IMG/VR virus record: IMGVR_UViG_3300032286_000925
Span: 1-64,000 of that record
Direction: 5' to 3' (one strand)
Source: a virus
Length of the DNA stretch: 64,000 bases
Both the position numbers and the translations under genes were made by a program. Shown one piece after another: positions 9,747-20,228 of the stretch. Under the pieces are notes generated by a model that worked only from the letters and a program-made list of their open reading frames with translations, did no database searches and was not told the DNA's origin. How positions within the stretch are numbered: position 1 is the first letter of the stretch; every line of letters begins with the position of its first letter.

Positions 9747-10220
9747 TTACCAAGCAGAACTGAATACTGCGACTACTAACCAAGTTGAGAGCAGTAGCCA
9801 AGGACCAAGTGGCACACTTGTTCCTATCGGTGCTTTCCGCATAATCACATAAACAACTGCGAGTAGTGAGAATAGAACTGATAGTGGAATGATTAGCAGA
9901 GCAATAAGCGGTGAATACACGCCAACTGCGAGCAGTAGGGCAGTAATGAACTTCACATCACCCATTCCAACTACATCAAAGTAGTTTAGGACAAGTCCAA
10001 TAATGAACCAAGCGAACGGCAAGCCAACTGCGAGCAGTAGGTTTATCCAACTTTGAGTAGCGACATTCACAGTGATAGCGGTAATGAACGCTAGGGCGGC
10101 GAATGGTAGAACAATTTTGTTCGGTAAGCGGTGTAACTTGTAGTCAATGACTATAAGCGGTATTGTAGCAACCGCAAGATAAACAAGCGGTAGAGCAGAA
10201 ATAATGTCTAAGATAGGCAT
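9747..10220 (-). CDS. Prepilin peptidase (A24 family, Flp/TadV-like)
   Basis: Multi-TM protein with D....LPN and GMGDVK catalytic Asp motifs and a C-terminal PLGPWL. Confidence 0.88.
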   Translation of the reverse strand: MPILDIISALPLVYLAVATIPLIVIDYKLHRLPNKIVLPFAALAFITAITVNVATQSWINLLLAVGLPFAWFIIGLVLNYFDVVGMGDVKFITALLLAVGVYSPLIALLIIPLSVLFSLLAVVYVIMRKAPIGTSVPLGPWLLLSTWLVVAVFSSAW

Positions 10221-10403
10221 TATGTTCCTTTCGGGTTATTTGGGTGTAGGCGGTTGCCTACGCTATAAGTCTTTCACACTTCATACTGTAAGTCAAACCG
10301 CAGGTGTGTTCCGGGGGTTTTATTTTTTAATTGAGCTTCTAATTCTGATCTATTAATTGTTTTACGCCACTAACCCCCTTTCGGGGGCTAGGGCTAGCAG
10401 TGG

Positions 10404-10637
10404 TTAGGATGGCATCCAAGGTAGTTTCAGGTCAGCAAGAGAGCAACCGCACTCTGGAGTCAACTCTCTAGCGATACCTACTGGGTCGTTGTAGCAAGTG
10501 TCGTCTACCTGCTCTTGAATACATCTCAACAGATAGTCGCTGGTCTTACCGCAGACACCGCATAGATACTCAACAACTTCCATCTTGTGTCCAATGTGGT
10601 TACTTAGAAGGTCGTTGAAGTATGGCTCACTCATCAT
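10404..10637 (-). CDS. Cys-rich hypothetical protein
   Basis: Translationally coupled to the upstream short ORF. Confidence 0.6.
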   Translation of the reverse strand: MMSEPYFNDLLSNHIGHKMEVVEYLCGVCGKTSDYLLRCIQEQVDDTCYNDPVGIARELTPECGCSLADLKLPWMPS

Positions 10638-10755
10638 CTTCTCCGTTGATGATTAACTCCAACTCGTTTAGTGCTTCATCAGCGGTGATGTTTCCAGACC
10701 AGTAGCGGTTATAGATACTTTTGATTTTTTGTGCTGTTCTGTCGTCTATTTCCAT
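10627..10755 (-). CDS. 42-aa hypothetical protein (absent from the ORF track)
   Basis: AGGAG RBS; MEIDDRTAQKIKSIYNRYWSG... Confidence 0.6.
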   Translation of the reverse strand: MEIDDRTAQKIKSIYNRYWSGNITADEALNELELIINGEDDE

Positions 10756-10976
10756 TTTTACTCCTAGGTTTTGGGGATAAATAAGTTGGGAGAGCAAGCG
10801 AACCTGTCCCCACAGACTTGCTCTCCCGTGTTTAGTCTTTCATAGTTCGGTAGATAAGTCAATCCGTAAGTGTGTCGGCGTAGTTTACTTTTTTAATTGA
10901 GCTCTTAATTCTGCTTTTATTAATTGTTTTTAGAAACACCGAACCCTAGCCTTTCGGCTAGGGCTGGTGTATGGGA

Positions 10977-11237
10977 CTACTTATTCAACTCTCGGTTGCG
11001 TTCGTAGTCGCGACCTTCCCATCTTTCATCAAGAATTTCTTCTGTGATGTCGAATGCGATACCGCGCTGGCGAAGTTCTACTAGGAAGTCGTTGGCTTCA
11101 ACATCTTCTTCCAAGTAAATAAAGTCGCCATTTTTGAAGCCGAACCCTGTCGCTGAACGCTGGGCGAACGGAAACTCCTTGAGATTTACTTCCAGCCAGC
11201 CGTGCGATGGGTCGCTAATGAACTTGAACATTTTCAC
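10977..11237 (-). CDS. Conserved phage/plasmid hypothetical protein (DPSHGWL...YLEED)
   Basis: Motif pattern; GAGGAG RBS. Confidence 0.8.
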   Translation of the reverse strand: MKMFKFISDPSHGWLEVNLKEFPFAQRSATGFGFKNGDFIYLEEDVEANDFLVELRQRGIAFDITEEILDERWEGRDYERNRELNK

Positions 11238-11449
11238 TTTGTCCTCCTCTCGGTTGAACTAGGTGGCAGTTTAGCAAGTCTGCGTCTTGTTGTAGAGGGC
11301 TTTCTACGCTATCAGTCTTTCATACTTCGACAGATAAGTCAAACTAGGGTGTGCCGAGCAGCTTTATATTTTTAATTGAGCTTCTAATTCTGATCTATTA
11401 ATTGTTTTACACCGAAACCCCAACCTTTCGGCTGGGGCTCGGTAGCAAA

Positions 11450-11653
11450 CTAATCTACGCTAACCCACTTGATAGCGGTGCGTAGCAAATTGTCGTAGTC
11501 TCCCGACTGACTTTCGGTTAGGTATTCAGATACTTCGTCCTCTGAAACTCCTGCCTTTTTTAGTGCTGATGAAACTCTTGCCATAATAGACCAAGCGTTT
11601 CCGTCAAGTCCTACTAACTGAACTTTGACTTCTGGGTATTTCGGGTTTTCCAT
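11450..11653 (-). CDS. Conserved phage hypothetical protein (LVGxDGNA...SGDYD)
   Basis: AGGAG RBS; recognisable small helical phage family. Confidence 0.85.
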   Translation of the reverse strand: MENPKYPEVKVQLVGLDGNAWSIMARVSSALKKAGVSEDEVSEYLTESQSGDYDNLLRTAIKWVSVD

Positions 11654-12170
11654 TTTTATCTCCTAGTTGTTTGAGTGAGCCTTTTAATTCCCCACTTGCT
11701 CAGGTGGAGTGGTGCTATATGTGAGTGGGTGGGTTGTCTATTACCACCAAGGAGAAGTCTAAGAGTTCTTAGGAACCGCCTTAGTCCTACCAACGCTTTC
11801 AGCCGCTAAACTGGGGTCGCTAAACCCACGCTGTGCCTTTCTTACCCCTCCTAGACAGAGGGCTTCGTTCAGCCACACTCCAAGTCAGCCGTCGCTTCCT
11901 TGTTGATACAAGTATGGCAGATAGCCTTCCGTAAGTCAAATCGTATGTCGGGTCGGCGGTTTTGTTTTTAATTGAGCTTCTAATTCTGATCTATTAATTG
12001 TTTTACGCCACCAACCTACCCTTTCGGGTAGGCTGGCAGACTTTATTGGTTGTGGTCGCAGAACGCTTTGGCACACTCGGGACACGCTTGCTTTTCGCAG
12101 TTGTAGCATTTTTCCCATTTGTCTAATGAGGCTTGCGTTGTTTCCTCATCACACTCGGGACACCAGACAC

Positions 12171-12458
12171 TCATAGTTCCACTTCCATTACCATCTCTGG
12201 AAGTTTGGCACTAAGGGTGTTGAAAGCGATTAGGTATGCTTTGAACTTTGTATCTGCGATTTCCCACTCAGCGTGATTTCTTGCTGCGTGTTCTTCAGTT
12301 CCGTCAGTTGCCCAAACTGCGATTTCGGCTTTTTTACTTGCCCAGATAGACATTTTTGTTGCTGTGTAGCCAATGGCAGTTCCTAAGTTGTAGATGTTTT
12401 CTACTTTATAGACTTGCCTAATTACTGCGTCTGCGTATTGCTGTGGTGTGTATTTCAC
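12171..12458 (-). CDS. Hypothetical protein
   Basis: AGGAG RBS; cassette position. Confidence 0.75.
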   Translation of the reverse strand: MKYTPQQYADAVIRQVYKVENIYNLGTAIGYTATKMSIWASKKAEIAVWATDGTEEHAARNHAEWEIADTKFKAYLIAFNTLSAKLPEMVMEVEL

Positions 12459-12687
12459 TTTATCTCCTAGTTGATTAGTGGAAAGGTGAGAGGGTAGGTT
12501 AGCAGTGAAAGGTATGAACGGACCTTGTTCTTCCTACCCCCTCGGGTCTAGTCTTTCATACTATCCGTAGATAGTCAAATACCTAGTGGGTCGCCCGGTT
12601 TATTTTTTAATTGAGCTTTTAATTCTGATTTTATTAATTGTTTTAGGAGCACCAGACCTGACCCTTTCGGGTCAGGCTGGCAAGTTG

Positions 12688-12987
12688 CTACTCGTGAAGA
12701 AGAGTTGCCAAGTCCTTTGGTGTCCAATGTAAATCTCTCTCAATTTTGAGACCCATTGGACCATTAGCATTTTCTAACTCGCTTAGTGAGAAGTAGCCAA
12801 GTTCTTTCTCAAATCCATCAACAAGACCGAAGAAAGTGTCTGTGCCATCAAACTCGGCAGCATACCAAGTCCAGTTAGCCCAAGGGGTGAAGAATTTTAC
12901 AGTTGCCATAACTTCGCTGAGGTTCTTGCCCTCAGTTTCGTTCCACTTTGCGAGTTTTGCTTTCTCGCTTTCTGGTAGTAGTTCCAT
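12688..12987 (-). CDS. DUF2958-like protein
   Basis: VKFFTPW..WTWY..E.DG...FGLV.G.E.ELGYFSL.EL....IERDLHW. Confidence 0.88.
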   Translation of the reverse strand: MELLPESEKAKLAKWNETEGKNLSEVMATVKFFTPWANWTWYAAEFDGTDTFFGLVDGFEKELGYFSLSELENANGPMGLKIERDLHWTPKDLATLLHE

Positions 12988-13176
12988 TTTTACTCCTAGT
13001 TAGGTGTTGCTTTGTGGATACTTTCCACGCTCTAAGTCTTTCACGCTATCCGTAAATAGTCAAATACCTAGTGGGTCTCGCCCGGTTTGTTTTCAATTGA
13101 GCTTCTAATTCTGCTTTATTAATTGTTTTACGCGAAACAACCTACCCTTTCGGGTAGGCTGTCGCTATTTAGGAGA

Positions 13177-13671
13177 TTACCAACTTGCTTGGTAGGTGAT
13201 AGAACAATCTTGATTTTCCTCAAGGTCAATAGCCCTGTTGAGAATATCTAAGGTGTGCTGTAAGTCGCCCCAGTAGTATTCATCTATTTCGGTATTCCCG
13301 AAGAAGAAACCTGCTGTTGGTGGTAGCAACTTTTCAATTTGCTCTTTGGCACTTGGTAAGTCTTTGATGTCTATCAAGAACTCAATGATTACTTTTAGTT
13401 CTCGCAACTTTCCATTTCTTACTGGAATAGGCTGGCACTCATCTATTCCGTTAGCACACTCTTGGACAAACCAGTTGTGAACTGCGTTAGCCTTACGCCA
13501 ATAGCCAACGGTTATTTCTAGTGTAGCCCCTGCGTGTGAGCCAAGTTCGTCTGAACCTGCTGGAAAGAACTTTGTTAGTTCTTTGTAGTCTGGCAGTAAA
13601 TCATCGCTGTCTGACTTGTAATCAAACTTAGAGAAATACTTGCGAGCCTCTAAATACATATCTAATCCCAT
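13177..13671 (-). CDS. Conserved phage protein (MGLDMYL...YWRKAN..H.WF...YQASW)
   Basis: Motif pattern; start corrected to the ATG after AGGAG. Confidence 0.85.
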   Translation of the reverse strand: MGLDMYLEARKYFSKFDYKSDSDDLLPDYKELTKFFPAGSDELGSHAGATLEITVGYWRKANAVHNWFVQECANGIDECQPIPVRNGKLRELKVIIEFLIDIKDLPSAKEQIEKLLPPTAGFFFGNTEIDEYYWGDLQHTLDILNRAIDLEENQDCSITYQASW

Positions 13672-13856
13672 TTTTACTCCTAGTCTTTGGGTTAGGTGAG
13701 AGGAGTTTCCTCTCGGTGTTAGTCTTTCATACTTATTGCCAGAAGTCAAACTTGGGTATGTCGGGCGGCTTTATTTTTTTAATTGAGTTTCTAATTCTGA
13801 TTTTATTAATTGTTTTATGCCACCGACCCGACCCTTTTGGGTCAGGTCGGCAGAGG

Positions 13857-14168
13857 TTAGTCCTGAGTTTCTAAGACAAAGTAGCGTTCTACAAAGTCCC
13901 AGACATCGTTAGGTCGTTCTGAGTATTCCCGTAAAGCGTCAGCAATATAAGACATTTCAAGGAAACCAGTGCGAGAGATTTCTACTTTCTCAACACCAAT
14001 AACGGTATCAAAGTAGCCAATCAAAGCAAGGAACGGAATGATTGGGCTAGAAGTATCTCCAGCGTTCCAGTTGTGCGACCAACTAATCAAGCCAGCCGTA
14101 TGTTCAGCGAACTCTGGGGCATTTTCTAGCAGTTCCCATTTGTCCGTAATTGTTTTCCAGTTTTCCAT
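13857..14168 (-). CDS. Hypothetical protein
   Basis: AGGAG RBS; start corrected. Confidence 0.75.
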   Translation of the reverse strand: MENWKTITDKWELLENAPEFAEHTAGLISWSHNWNAGDTSSPIIPFLALIGYFDTVIGVEKVEISRTGFLEMSYIADALREYSERPNDVWDFVERYFVLETQD

Positions 14169-14340
14169 TTTTCTCCTAGGTTGGAAGTGTGGTCTTTCCA
14201 CATTACCAGCATTTCACATATCAATCCGTAAGTCAAATGTTTGGGGGTGTCGCCAGGTTTGTTTTTAATTGATCTTTTAATTCTGATTTTATTAATTGTT
14301 TTATGCTGAGAACTTGCCCTTTCGGGCAAGCCTCTTGCGA

Positions 14341-14691
14341 TTAGTAGATATGGGCTGGCGATAATGCCTCTGCTACTATTGACCTAGAATTTGAGGTTGC
14401 GTGTTCAAAGGCTACTTTTAGTAAAGTAGGCACTACTTCTGGATTTTCTCTTATTAGTTCCATTAGTCGTTTCCTAGCAGTTTTACTCTCTTTTAGGTTT
14501 TGTTTTGTGTATGCTCTTACAGGTGCGTCAAGTGGAATACCTGACTTTCTACGCCTAGCGTTTCGTTGATAAGTTTGATAACAAACTCGGCAACGCCTAT
14601 AACTATTTCCATCTTTTTTGGTGGTGGTATAGACTGCGTTTGGTGTTGTAAGGTTGTGTCCTGCTGGACACATAGTTCCTAAGTTTCCCAT
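14341..14691 (-). CDS. Zn-binding protein (CPxGH...RxCRxC module seen in actinophage HNH-associated proteins)
   Basis: Motif; GAGGAG RBS. Confidence 0.7.
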   Translation of the reverse strand: MGNLGTMCPAGHNLTTPNAVYTTTKKDGNSYRRCRVCYQTYQRNARRRKSGIPLDAPVRAYTKQNLKESKTARKRLMELIRENPEVVPTLLKVAFEHATSNSRSIVAEALSPAHIY

Positions 14692-14745
14692 TTTTCTCCT
14701 CGGTTGTTGGTGTAAGCCTTTTAGACACTTGCTTAGGTGTTGGAA

Positions 14746-15132
14746 CTAGATATCTCCGTAGTGGTCTCCGTCTGCGGAACAATCAGCGTGGAAACCCTGA
14801 ACAATATCGTCCTCGTTGTCCTCGTCTGTAAAGTTTTCCTTACAGATTGAGCAAGGGCTATCCATTAGCATTTCCCATTGTAGTTCTCGTTCCTCATCAC
14901 GCTCTCGAATAGCCTCGTAATCAGGTGCTTCGTTGTTGTCGTTGCGATAGTAGTCCTTGTCGCAGGAACAACAAGGTCTATCCTCGCATTGACAGACATT
15001 AGATACAGGCTCAAACTCCTCCTCAAACCTGTTTAGCACTGCCTCCCACCTAGACCTCATTGACGGACTAGCGTTCCTTCTAGCGTGCCATAGTGCTTGC
15101 TTTATCTGGCTGATATCAAATTCAGATAACAT
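14746..15132 (-). CDS. Acidic Cys-rich hypothetical protein
   Basis: AGGAG RBS; CEDRPCC motif; start corrected. Confidence 0.75.
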   Translation of the reverse strand: MLSEFDISQIKQALWHARRNASPSMRSRWEAVLNRFEEEFEPVSNVCQCEDRPCCSCDKDYYRNDNNEAPDYEAIRERDEERELQWEMLMDSPCSICKENFTDEDNEDDIVQGFHADCSADGDHYGDI

Positions 15133-15310
15133 ATTTACTCCTAGTTGTAAATTGTGGATACTTTCCACAAGACAAGTCTTTCATAGATATATCCGTAAGT
15201 CAAACTTTTGATAGGAGCTGCGGTTTACTTTTTTAATTGAGCTTTTAATTCTGCTCTTATTAATTGTTTTACGAAGAAACCTCCCACCCTTTCGGGTGAG
15301 AGGCTTTGGT

Positions 15311-15625
15311 CTAATACATACCGTCTTCGTCAATCTCGTCAAACTGACTAATCAAATCCTCAAATCCAAGATTAGGATTTGTAAGAACTGTTCTGACTGA
15401 CTGAACAAACCGTAGTTGGCAACTATCGGCATACCACTCTTTTACCAAGTCCAACATATCTTCGGGAGAGAAACCATCACTGTAAGTTTTGATTTTCTCA
15501 TACTCATACTTACGCATAAGTTCTACCTGATAGTTATCCATTAGGACATAAATCTTGTGGCAAGTGTCCCAAGCGATACCTTCTGCTGTTTCAAGGGCTT
15601 TTGCTACTTTACTGAAATCGGTCAT
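15311..15625 (-). CDS. Hypothetical phage protein (IAWDTCHKIY motif)
   Basis: GAGGA RBS; start corrected. Confidence 0.8.
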   Translation of the reverse strand: MTDFSKVAKALETAEGIAWDTCHKIYVLMDNYQVELMRKYEYEKIKTYSDGFSPEDMLDLVKEWYADSCQLRFVQSVRTVLTNPNLGFEDLISQFDEIDEDGMY

Positions 15626-15899
15626 TTTTCCTCTGTTTCTGTGGATACTTTCCACACTTGTAGTTTTTCACACTTACGCTAATAAGTCAAACTACTTTGA
15701 TATTGACGAGCTTTATTTTTTAATTGAGATCTTAATTCTGCTTTATTAATTGTTTTACGCAAGAACCCCCGACCTTTTGGTCAGGGGCTTTGCTTACTTG
15801 GACTTACTGATTAGGAACGCTTGTAGCGTGGAAAGTCTAATGATTACTCGGCTAAGTAGTCGTATAGCCTTTTGGTTGAGGTCAGGATTATATTTATGC

Positions 15900-16130
15900 C
15901 TACTCATCATCATCTCTTTTTACTTCGTCAATGAACTCTTGGATTTCTGCGAGGTCATCTGAGGTTAGTTGGTAGAGAGGGATATCATCTGAGTTTGTTG
16001 TTTCAGGAACTACAAACCCTAGTCTGCGAAGTTCCTCCATAACTGCGTGGATTTTTCCGATTTCCTCTGGGGTAGGGTAGTGGAGGGGTTCTGACCCCTC
16101 CACGCCCTCTGGGTGATTAGGCTTATTCAT
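15900..16130 (-). CDS. Acidic hypothetical protein
   Basis: Overlaps the stop of the upstream gene; GGAG RBS. Confidence 0.6.
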   Translation of the reverse strand: MNKPNHPEGVEGSEPLHYPTPEEIGKIHAVMEELRRLGFVVPETTNSDDIPLYQLTSDDLAEIQEFIDEVKRDDDE

Positions 16131-16389
16131 CTCCGTAATACCCGTAGTCCTCGTCTGTTCCGTGTCCAGCACTAGCGAGAGCATCTCCGTCAAACCAACT
16201 TTCGTCTGGCTCGTTGTCCTCGTCCTCGTCCTTGTCCTCGGTTTCTTCCTCTGTCCAGATTTCTACAATCTGAACATCTACACCAAGTTTGGCATAGTTG
16301 TCCCAAGCGATTTTTTCGGCTTGCTCTTGTGTTTCTGCTTCCACATCAAAGTTGTAATCTACTCTGACGGTGATATTCCAATTAGACAT
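16123..16389 (-). CDS. Acidic hypothetical protein ending ALASAGHGTDEDYG
   Basis: GAGGA RBS; start corrected. Confidence 0.75.
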   Translation of the reverse strand: MSNWNITVRVDYNFDVEAETQEQAEKIAWDNYAKLGVDVQIVEIWTEEETEDKDEDEDNEPDESWFDGDALASAGHGTDEDYGYYGDE

Positions 16390-16570
16390 TTTTCCTCGGT
16401 TTCTGTGGATACTTTCCACATCTAAATCCTCTCACATTATCTTTACATAATCAAGTATTCGGTGCTGCGAGTTGGTTTTGTTTTTTAATTGAGCTTCTAA
16501 TTCTGCTTTATTAATTGTTTTACAAAACCAAACCCTCCACCATTTCTGGTAGAGGGCTGGTTGGTAGTCG

Positions 16571-16972
16571 TTAGACTATTGCTGGTTCTTTCGGTTCAGC
16601 AAGACTTTCTTCATACTGCTTTTGGAAGCGTTCGGCTTCTCTGGCGAGAACTTTTTTGGTCCAAGTTCCAAGTGGCTCATTGGAAACATTAGTTCCGTAG
16701 CCCACTACACTTTTTACAAAGTTAAAGGTGTAGGCAGACTTGTTAGACCAACTGCCGTCTTCTAACTGCTTGTTCTCGTAGTGTAGAGGTCCGTGTAGGC
16801 TTTCCCAAGTTTTGATGCGAGCATAAACCTCACCAACATTTTTCTTTGACACCGAACCGATACCGATAGCCATAAGTGCGAAAGCGAAGTATGCGATAGC
16901 GTTAGCGTCAGCCTCGTCTTCCAATCTAGCGTCAATGTTTGCTACGCTTTGAGCGTCCCAATTTAGCGACAT
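16571..16972 (-). CDS. Hypothetical protein
   Basis: GAGGAG RBS; cassette position. Confidence 0.8.
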   Translation of the reverse strand: MSLNWDAQSVANIDARLEDEADANAIAYFAFALMAIGIGSVSKKNVGEVYARIKTWESLHGPLHYENKQLEDGSWSNKSAYTFNFVKSVVGYGTNVSNEPLGTWTKKVLAREAERFQKQYEESLAEPKEPAIV

Positions 16973-17168
16973 TTGTTTCTCCTCGATTTGTGTAAGCGTT
17001 GTTGCTTACATATTTATTCTTACACGCTTACAACTTTTAGTCAAACTACCTGTGCTGCTAGCGGTTTTATTTTCAATTGAGTTTTTAATTCTGCTTTTAT
17101 TAATTGTTTTTAGCCAAAACCCTACCTACTAAGAGAGGCTAGTAGGCAGGGCTGGCTTTGGTCAGGTG

Positions 17169-17600
17169 TTAGTAGTCCTGAACATTTGTGTCATTGACAT
17201 CTAGGTCATAACTCTCGATAGAGAAGCCGTTAGACCAGTGGGTATCAATGCTGACCTCAAACGAGGTGTATGAAAGGTCGTCCCAGTCGAAACTGCGAGG
17301 TGCTTTGATAGTCATAGTTCCAGAAATACTAACTTCTACTTCCTTCTCTACTTCGGTGTCAATGTCAAAGATTTTAGCAATCTCTTCTGCGTGGTCGTCA
17401 AGGCTGTCCCAGTTCTCGTCTAGGTATTCCTCTAACCTGTCCTTTTTGCGTTCTAGGTCTGTCCACCAACGAATAACTTTTTCGTTTTCTGACTTTGCGA
17501 ACTCTAACTCTTTGGTTAGTTGTGCGACTTCGGCAGTAAGTTCCTCAACGGACTTTACTACTACTTCTTGTGTTTCTTGTGGTTCATTTGTTTCAGACAT
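17169..17600 (-). CDS. Acidic coiled-coil protein, distant paralog of 18760..19221
   Basis: GAGGAG RBS; shared A.IF..E..KEV.V.I C-terminal domain. Confidence 0.8.
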   Translation of the reverse strand: MSETNEPQETQEVVVKSVEELTAEVAQLTKELEFAKSENEKVIRWWTDLERKKDRLEEYLDENWDSLDDHAEEIAKIFDIDTEVEKEVEVSISGTMTIKAPRSFDWDDLSYTSFEVSIDTHWSNGFSIESYDLDVNDTNVQDY

Positions 17601-17943
17601 TTTGTCTCCTCGGTTTATTTGGGTTGTAGAGGCAAGTCGGCACTAGGAGATACTTTCTTGCCTCTACACTTTTAGTTTAAGCCCTAGACCTGACTTCTGT
17701 CAAACTTAGATGTATAGGTCGGCGTTTATATTTTCAATTGAGCTTTTAATTCTGCTTTTATTAATTGTTTTACAAACCAAAACCCCTCGCTTTTCAGCAA
17801 GGGGCTCGGTCGGTTAGTTCAGGTAAGTTGCCTTACAGTAATCACAAACCCAACTTGGTTCGTTTGGATACAGTGGGAACTTATGTGGGTTGAGTTCATC
17901 TACCTCAAATCCGTCAGCACCACAGAAATTACAAGCGTCAGGT

Positions 17944-18276
17944 TCAGACATCTTCTTCCTCTCTCGGTGAGCAGGTCAGACATACTTCGGTGTCGTCAAA
18001 CTCGTCTCGGACTTCCTCTGGAATGAACGCCTTACAGTATGAGCAGAGGTAGAGTTCATCTTCGGTGAAGTAAGAGGCAGTGAAGAAATCTTTTGCCCCG
18101 TTTGGATAATCCTCTTTACACTCTCGGCAGAGCCAGAAGTAAGTAAGTTCGGTCATCTTTGCTGGGTCGTGAATACCCTCTGGGACTTTTGTAGTGGCAC
18201 TTAGCACACTAATCGGGTCGCCATCATTGTAGTTTCCACAACTGTCGCAAGTTATGTCGTGGTGGTTATCTATCAT
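17944..18276 (-). CDS. Multi-CxxC zinc-finger protein
   Basis: Four CxxC motifs; GAGGAG RBS; start corrected. Confidence 0.75.
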   Translation of the reverse strand: MIDNHHDITCDSCGNYNDGDPISVLSATTKVPEGIHDPAKMTELTYFWLCRECKEDYPNGAKDFFTASYFTEDELYLCSYCKAFIPEEVRDEFDDTEVCLTCSPREEEDV

Positions 18277-18497
18277 TTTATCTCCTCGGTTTATTTGGGT
18301 TGGGGGCAAGTAGAAACAGATATAACACCTTGCCCCCGAGTTCAGTTTGCCAGAAATACTTGGCTAAGTCAAATAGCAGTTGAGTTTCGCGATTTATATT
18401 TTCAATTGAGTTTTTAATTCTGCTTTTATTAATTGTTTTTAGCGAAATTGAGCAGTTTAGACACTTGCTCGGGTGTTTCCTTTGGGTAAAGGGGGGC

Positions 18498-18698
18498 TTA
18501 TTCGTCTCCGAAACTTACTACATTGTTTTTGCCACAGAACTCGCACTCAACATCAGCGTCGCCAGACCTGCCACCAACTACAATATCGGTTTCGTTTTCT
18601 TCTTCGCACTCGCCACACTCAAAGGAAACTCCGATTTCTCTTTCGTCGTCCCAAGGTGTAGCAGTTTTCCAGCCGTCATATCCCGGAATATGTTCCAT
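18498..18698 (-). CDS. Small zinc-ribbon protein
   Basis: GGAGG RBS; YDGWKT motif and two CxxC. Confidence 0.75.
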   Translation of the reverse strand: MEHIPGYDGWKTATPWDDEREIGVSFECGECEEENETDIVVGGRSGDADVECEFCGKNNVVSFGDE

Positions 18699-18759
18699 TT
18701 TTTACCTCCGTTAGTTGTGGTTAGGCAGTTTATACACTTGCCTAGGTGTCCGAGGTGGT

Positions 18760-19221
18760 CTAGTTTTCTGAGAGGTTGATTTTATCAACGCTGACATCAA
18801 GAACAAACTCGCTTGAGTAGCCGATACTGATATCAACTTCAATATCACTTTCAGCGTCCTCAACGCTTTGTCCCATTGGAACGCTTATTGTTCCGTAGGC
18901 AGTGATTTCAATAGCAACATCAACTTCCTTGGTAGTTTCCCAACCGAAGATTTCGGCTAGTTCTACCAACTCGTCTGCGTCAGCGCAAGCACTTTCAATT
19001 CTTTCCTGAAACCAATCCTCAGCAGAACCGATGTTCATAATAAGTTCTGAACGCTTGGTGTCAGCAAACTTCTTTTGGTCGTTTAGGCTGGCGTGTGCTT
19101 TGTAGGTGTATTCCAACAACTCTGCCCAAGCAAGAGCGTCGTTGCCAATAATCTCAACTACATTGTTCGGTGTAAGAGTTCCTTTTAGAAACTCGTCTTT
19201 CTGTTCGTTTGTAAGATACAT
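18760..19221 (-). CDS. Acidic protein, distant paralog of 17169..17600
   Basis: GAGGA RBS. Confidence 0.8.
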   Translation of the reverse strand: MYLTNEQKDEFLKGTLTPNNVVEIIGNDALAWAELLEYTYKAHASLNDQKKFADTKRSELIMNIGSAEDWFQERIESACADADELVELAEIFGWETTKEVDVAIEITAYGTISVPMGQSVEDAESDIEVDISIGYSSEFVLDVSVDKINLSEN

Positions 19222-19546
19222 ATTTTCCTCGTTTGATTTGGAGAGCGTTTTTGCTCTCGGTTATAGTTTGACAGATTTGTTGTTTGTAGTCAAATACATT
19301 TAGCAGGGTCGCGCTTATATTTTTAATTGCTGCCTTTAATTCTGCTTTTATTAATTGTTTTAGCAGAACAAGCCCTACCTTTTGGTAGGACTTGCTTTGC
19401 TAGGAAATTAGAGAGGAGTTCCACAATCGCTACATTGTATATGCTCTTTACAATCTTGGTCGCACTCCCAACCGAAATCGTCTGGGGTTTCTACTTCCCA
19501 AGTATCTTCGCCAGACTTTCCACATACTCCACAGAAATCGCTTTTA

Positions 19547-19816
19547 TCACTCATTTTTTACCTCTGCTCCAAGTTCTTTTAGTTGCTCGGTAAGTTCCTC
19601 TACAACATCATAGATAAACTCTCGGTGTTCTAGCACCCAATCTAAATCGCCTTGGACACTACTGATGATTTTGCTCCACGCCTCCGTTAGTTGCTCGGGG
19701 GTCATATCACCTGTGATGAAACTTGCTGTATGGTCTTTATCAAACCAAGTTATAGCAAGTTCATCATCAGGTTTATATTCTTTGAGCAACATAGAGACAA
19801 TCTCTACAACTTTCAC
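19547..19816 (-). CDS. Hypothetical protein related to 24322..24651 and 23973..24329
   Basis: Similar N-terminus (M.V.E....L....P...i...W..KD). Confidence 0.7.
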   Translation of the reverse strand: MKVVEIVSMLLKEYKPDDELAITWFDKDHTASFITGDMTPEQLTEAWSKIISSVQGDLDWVLEHREFIYDVVEELTEQLKELGAEVKNE

Positions 19817-20052
19817 AAAGTCTCCAACTCGATTTCAGCAATAGCGACATTTAGTAGTGCTACAAGTTCCTTAGCGTCTGCTAGCGATAGGTGCTGACTT
19901 ACACTAGAAATGATGCCACCGATTTCCAACCCACCGACATCTCGTAGGTGTGTGCTGATATCTAGGTCAATAATAGTTCCGTCTCCCATATAGGTAGAAC
20001 CTACCCTTGTTCCAGCATTGATACTTAGTGATGTCATTTTTCTTTCAAACAT
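19813..20052 (-). CDS. Hypothetical protein
   Basis: GAGGAG RBS; start corrected. Confidence 0.7.
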   Translation of the reverse strand: MFERKMTSLSINAGTRVGSTYMGDGTIIDLDISTHLRDVGGLEIGGIISSVSQHLSLADAKELVALLNVAIAEIELETL

Positions 20053-20228
20053 TTTTACTCCTCGTTTGTTTTTGTGGTCTTTCCACATTACTATTCTGAC
20101 ACGAACCCCTGACATTAGTCAAACTTTATTTTGGGGTCTGCGTTTTATTTTTAATTGCGTTTTTAATTCTGCTTTTATTAATTGTTTTTACGGAAAAGCA
20201 GTAGCCATTTCTGACTACTGCCTTTTTG

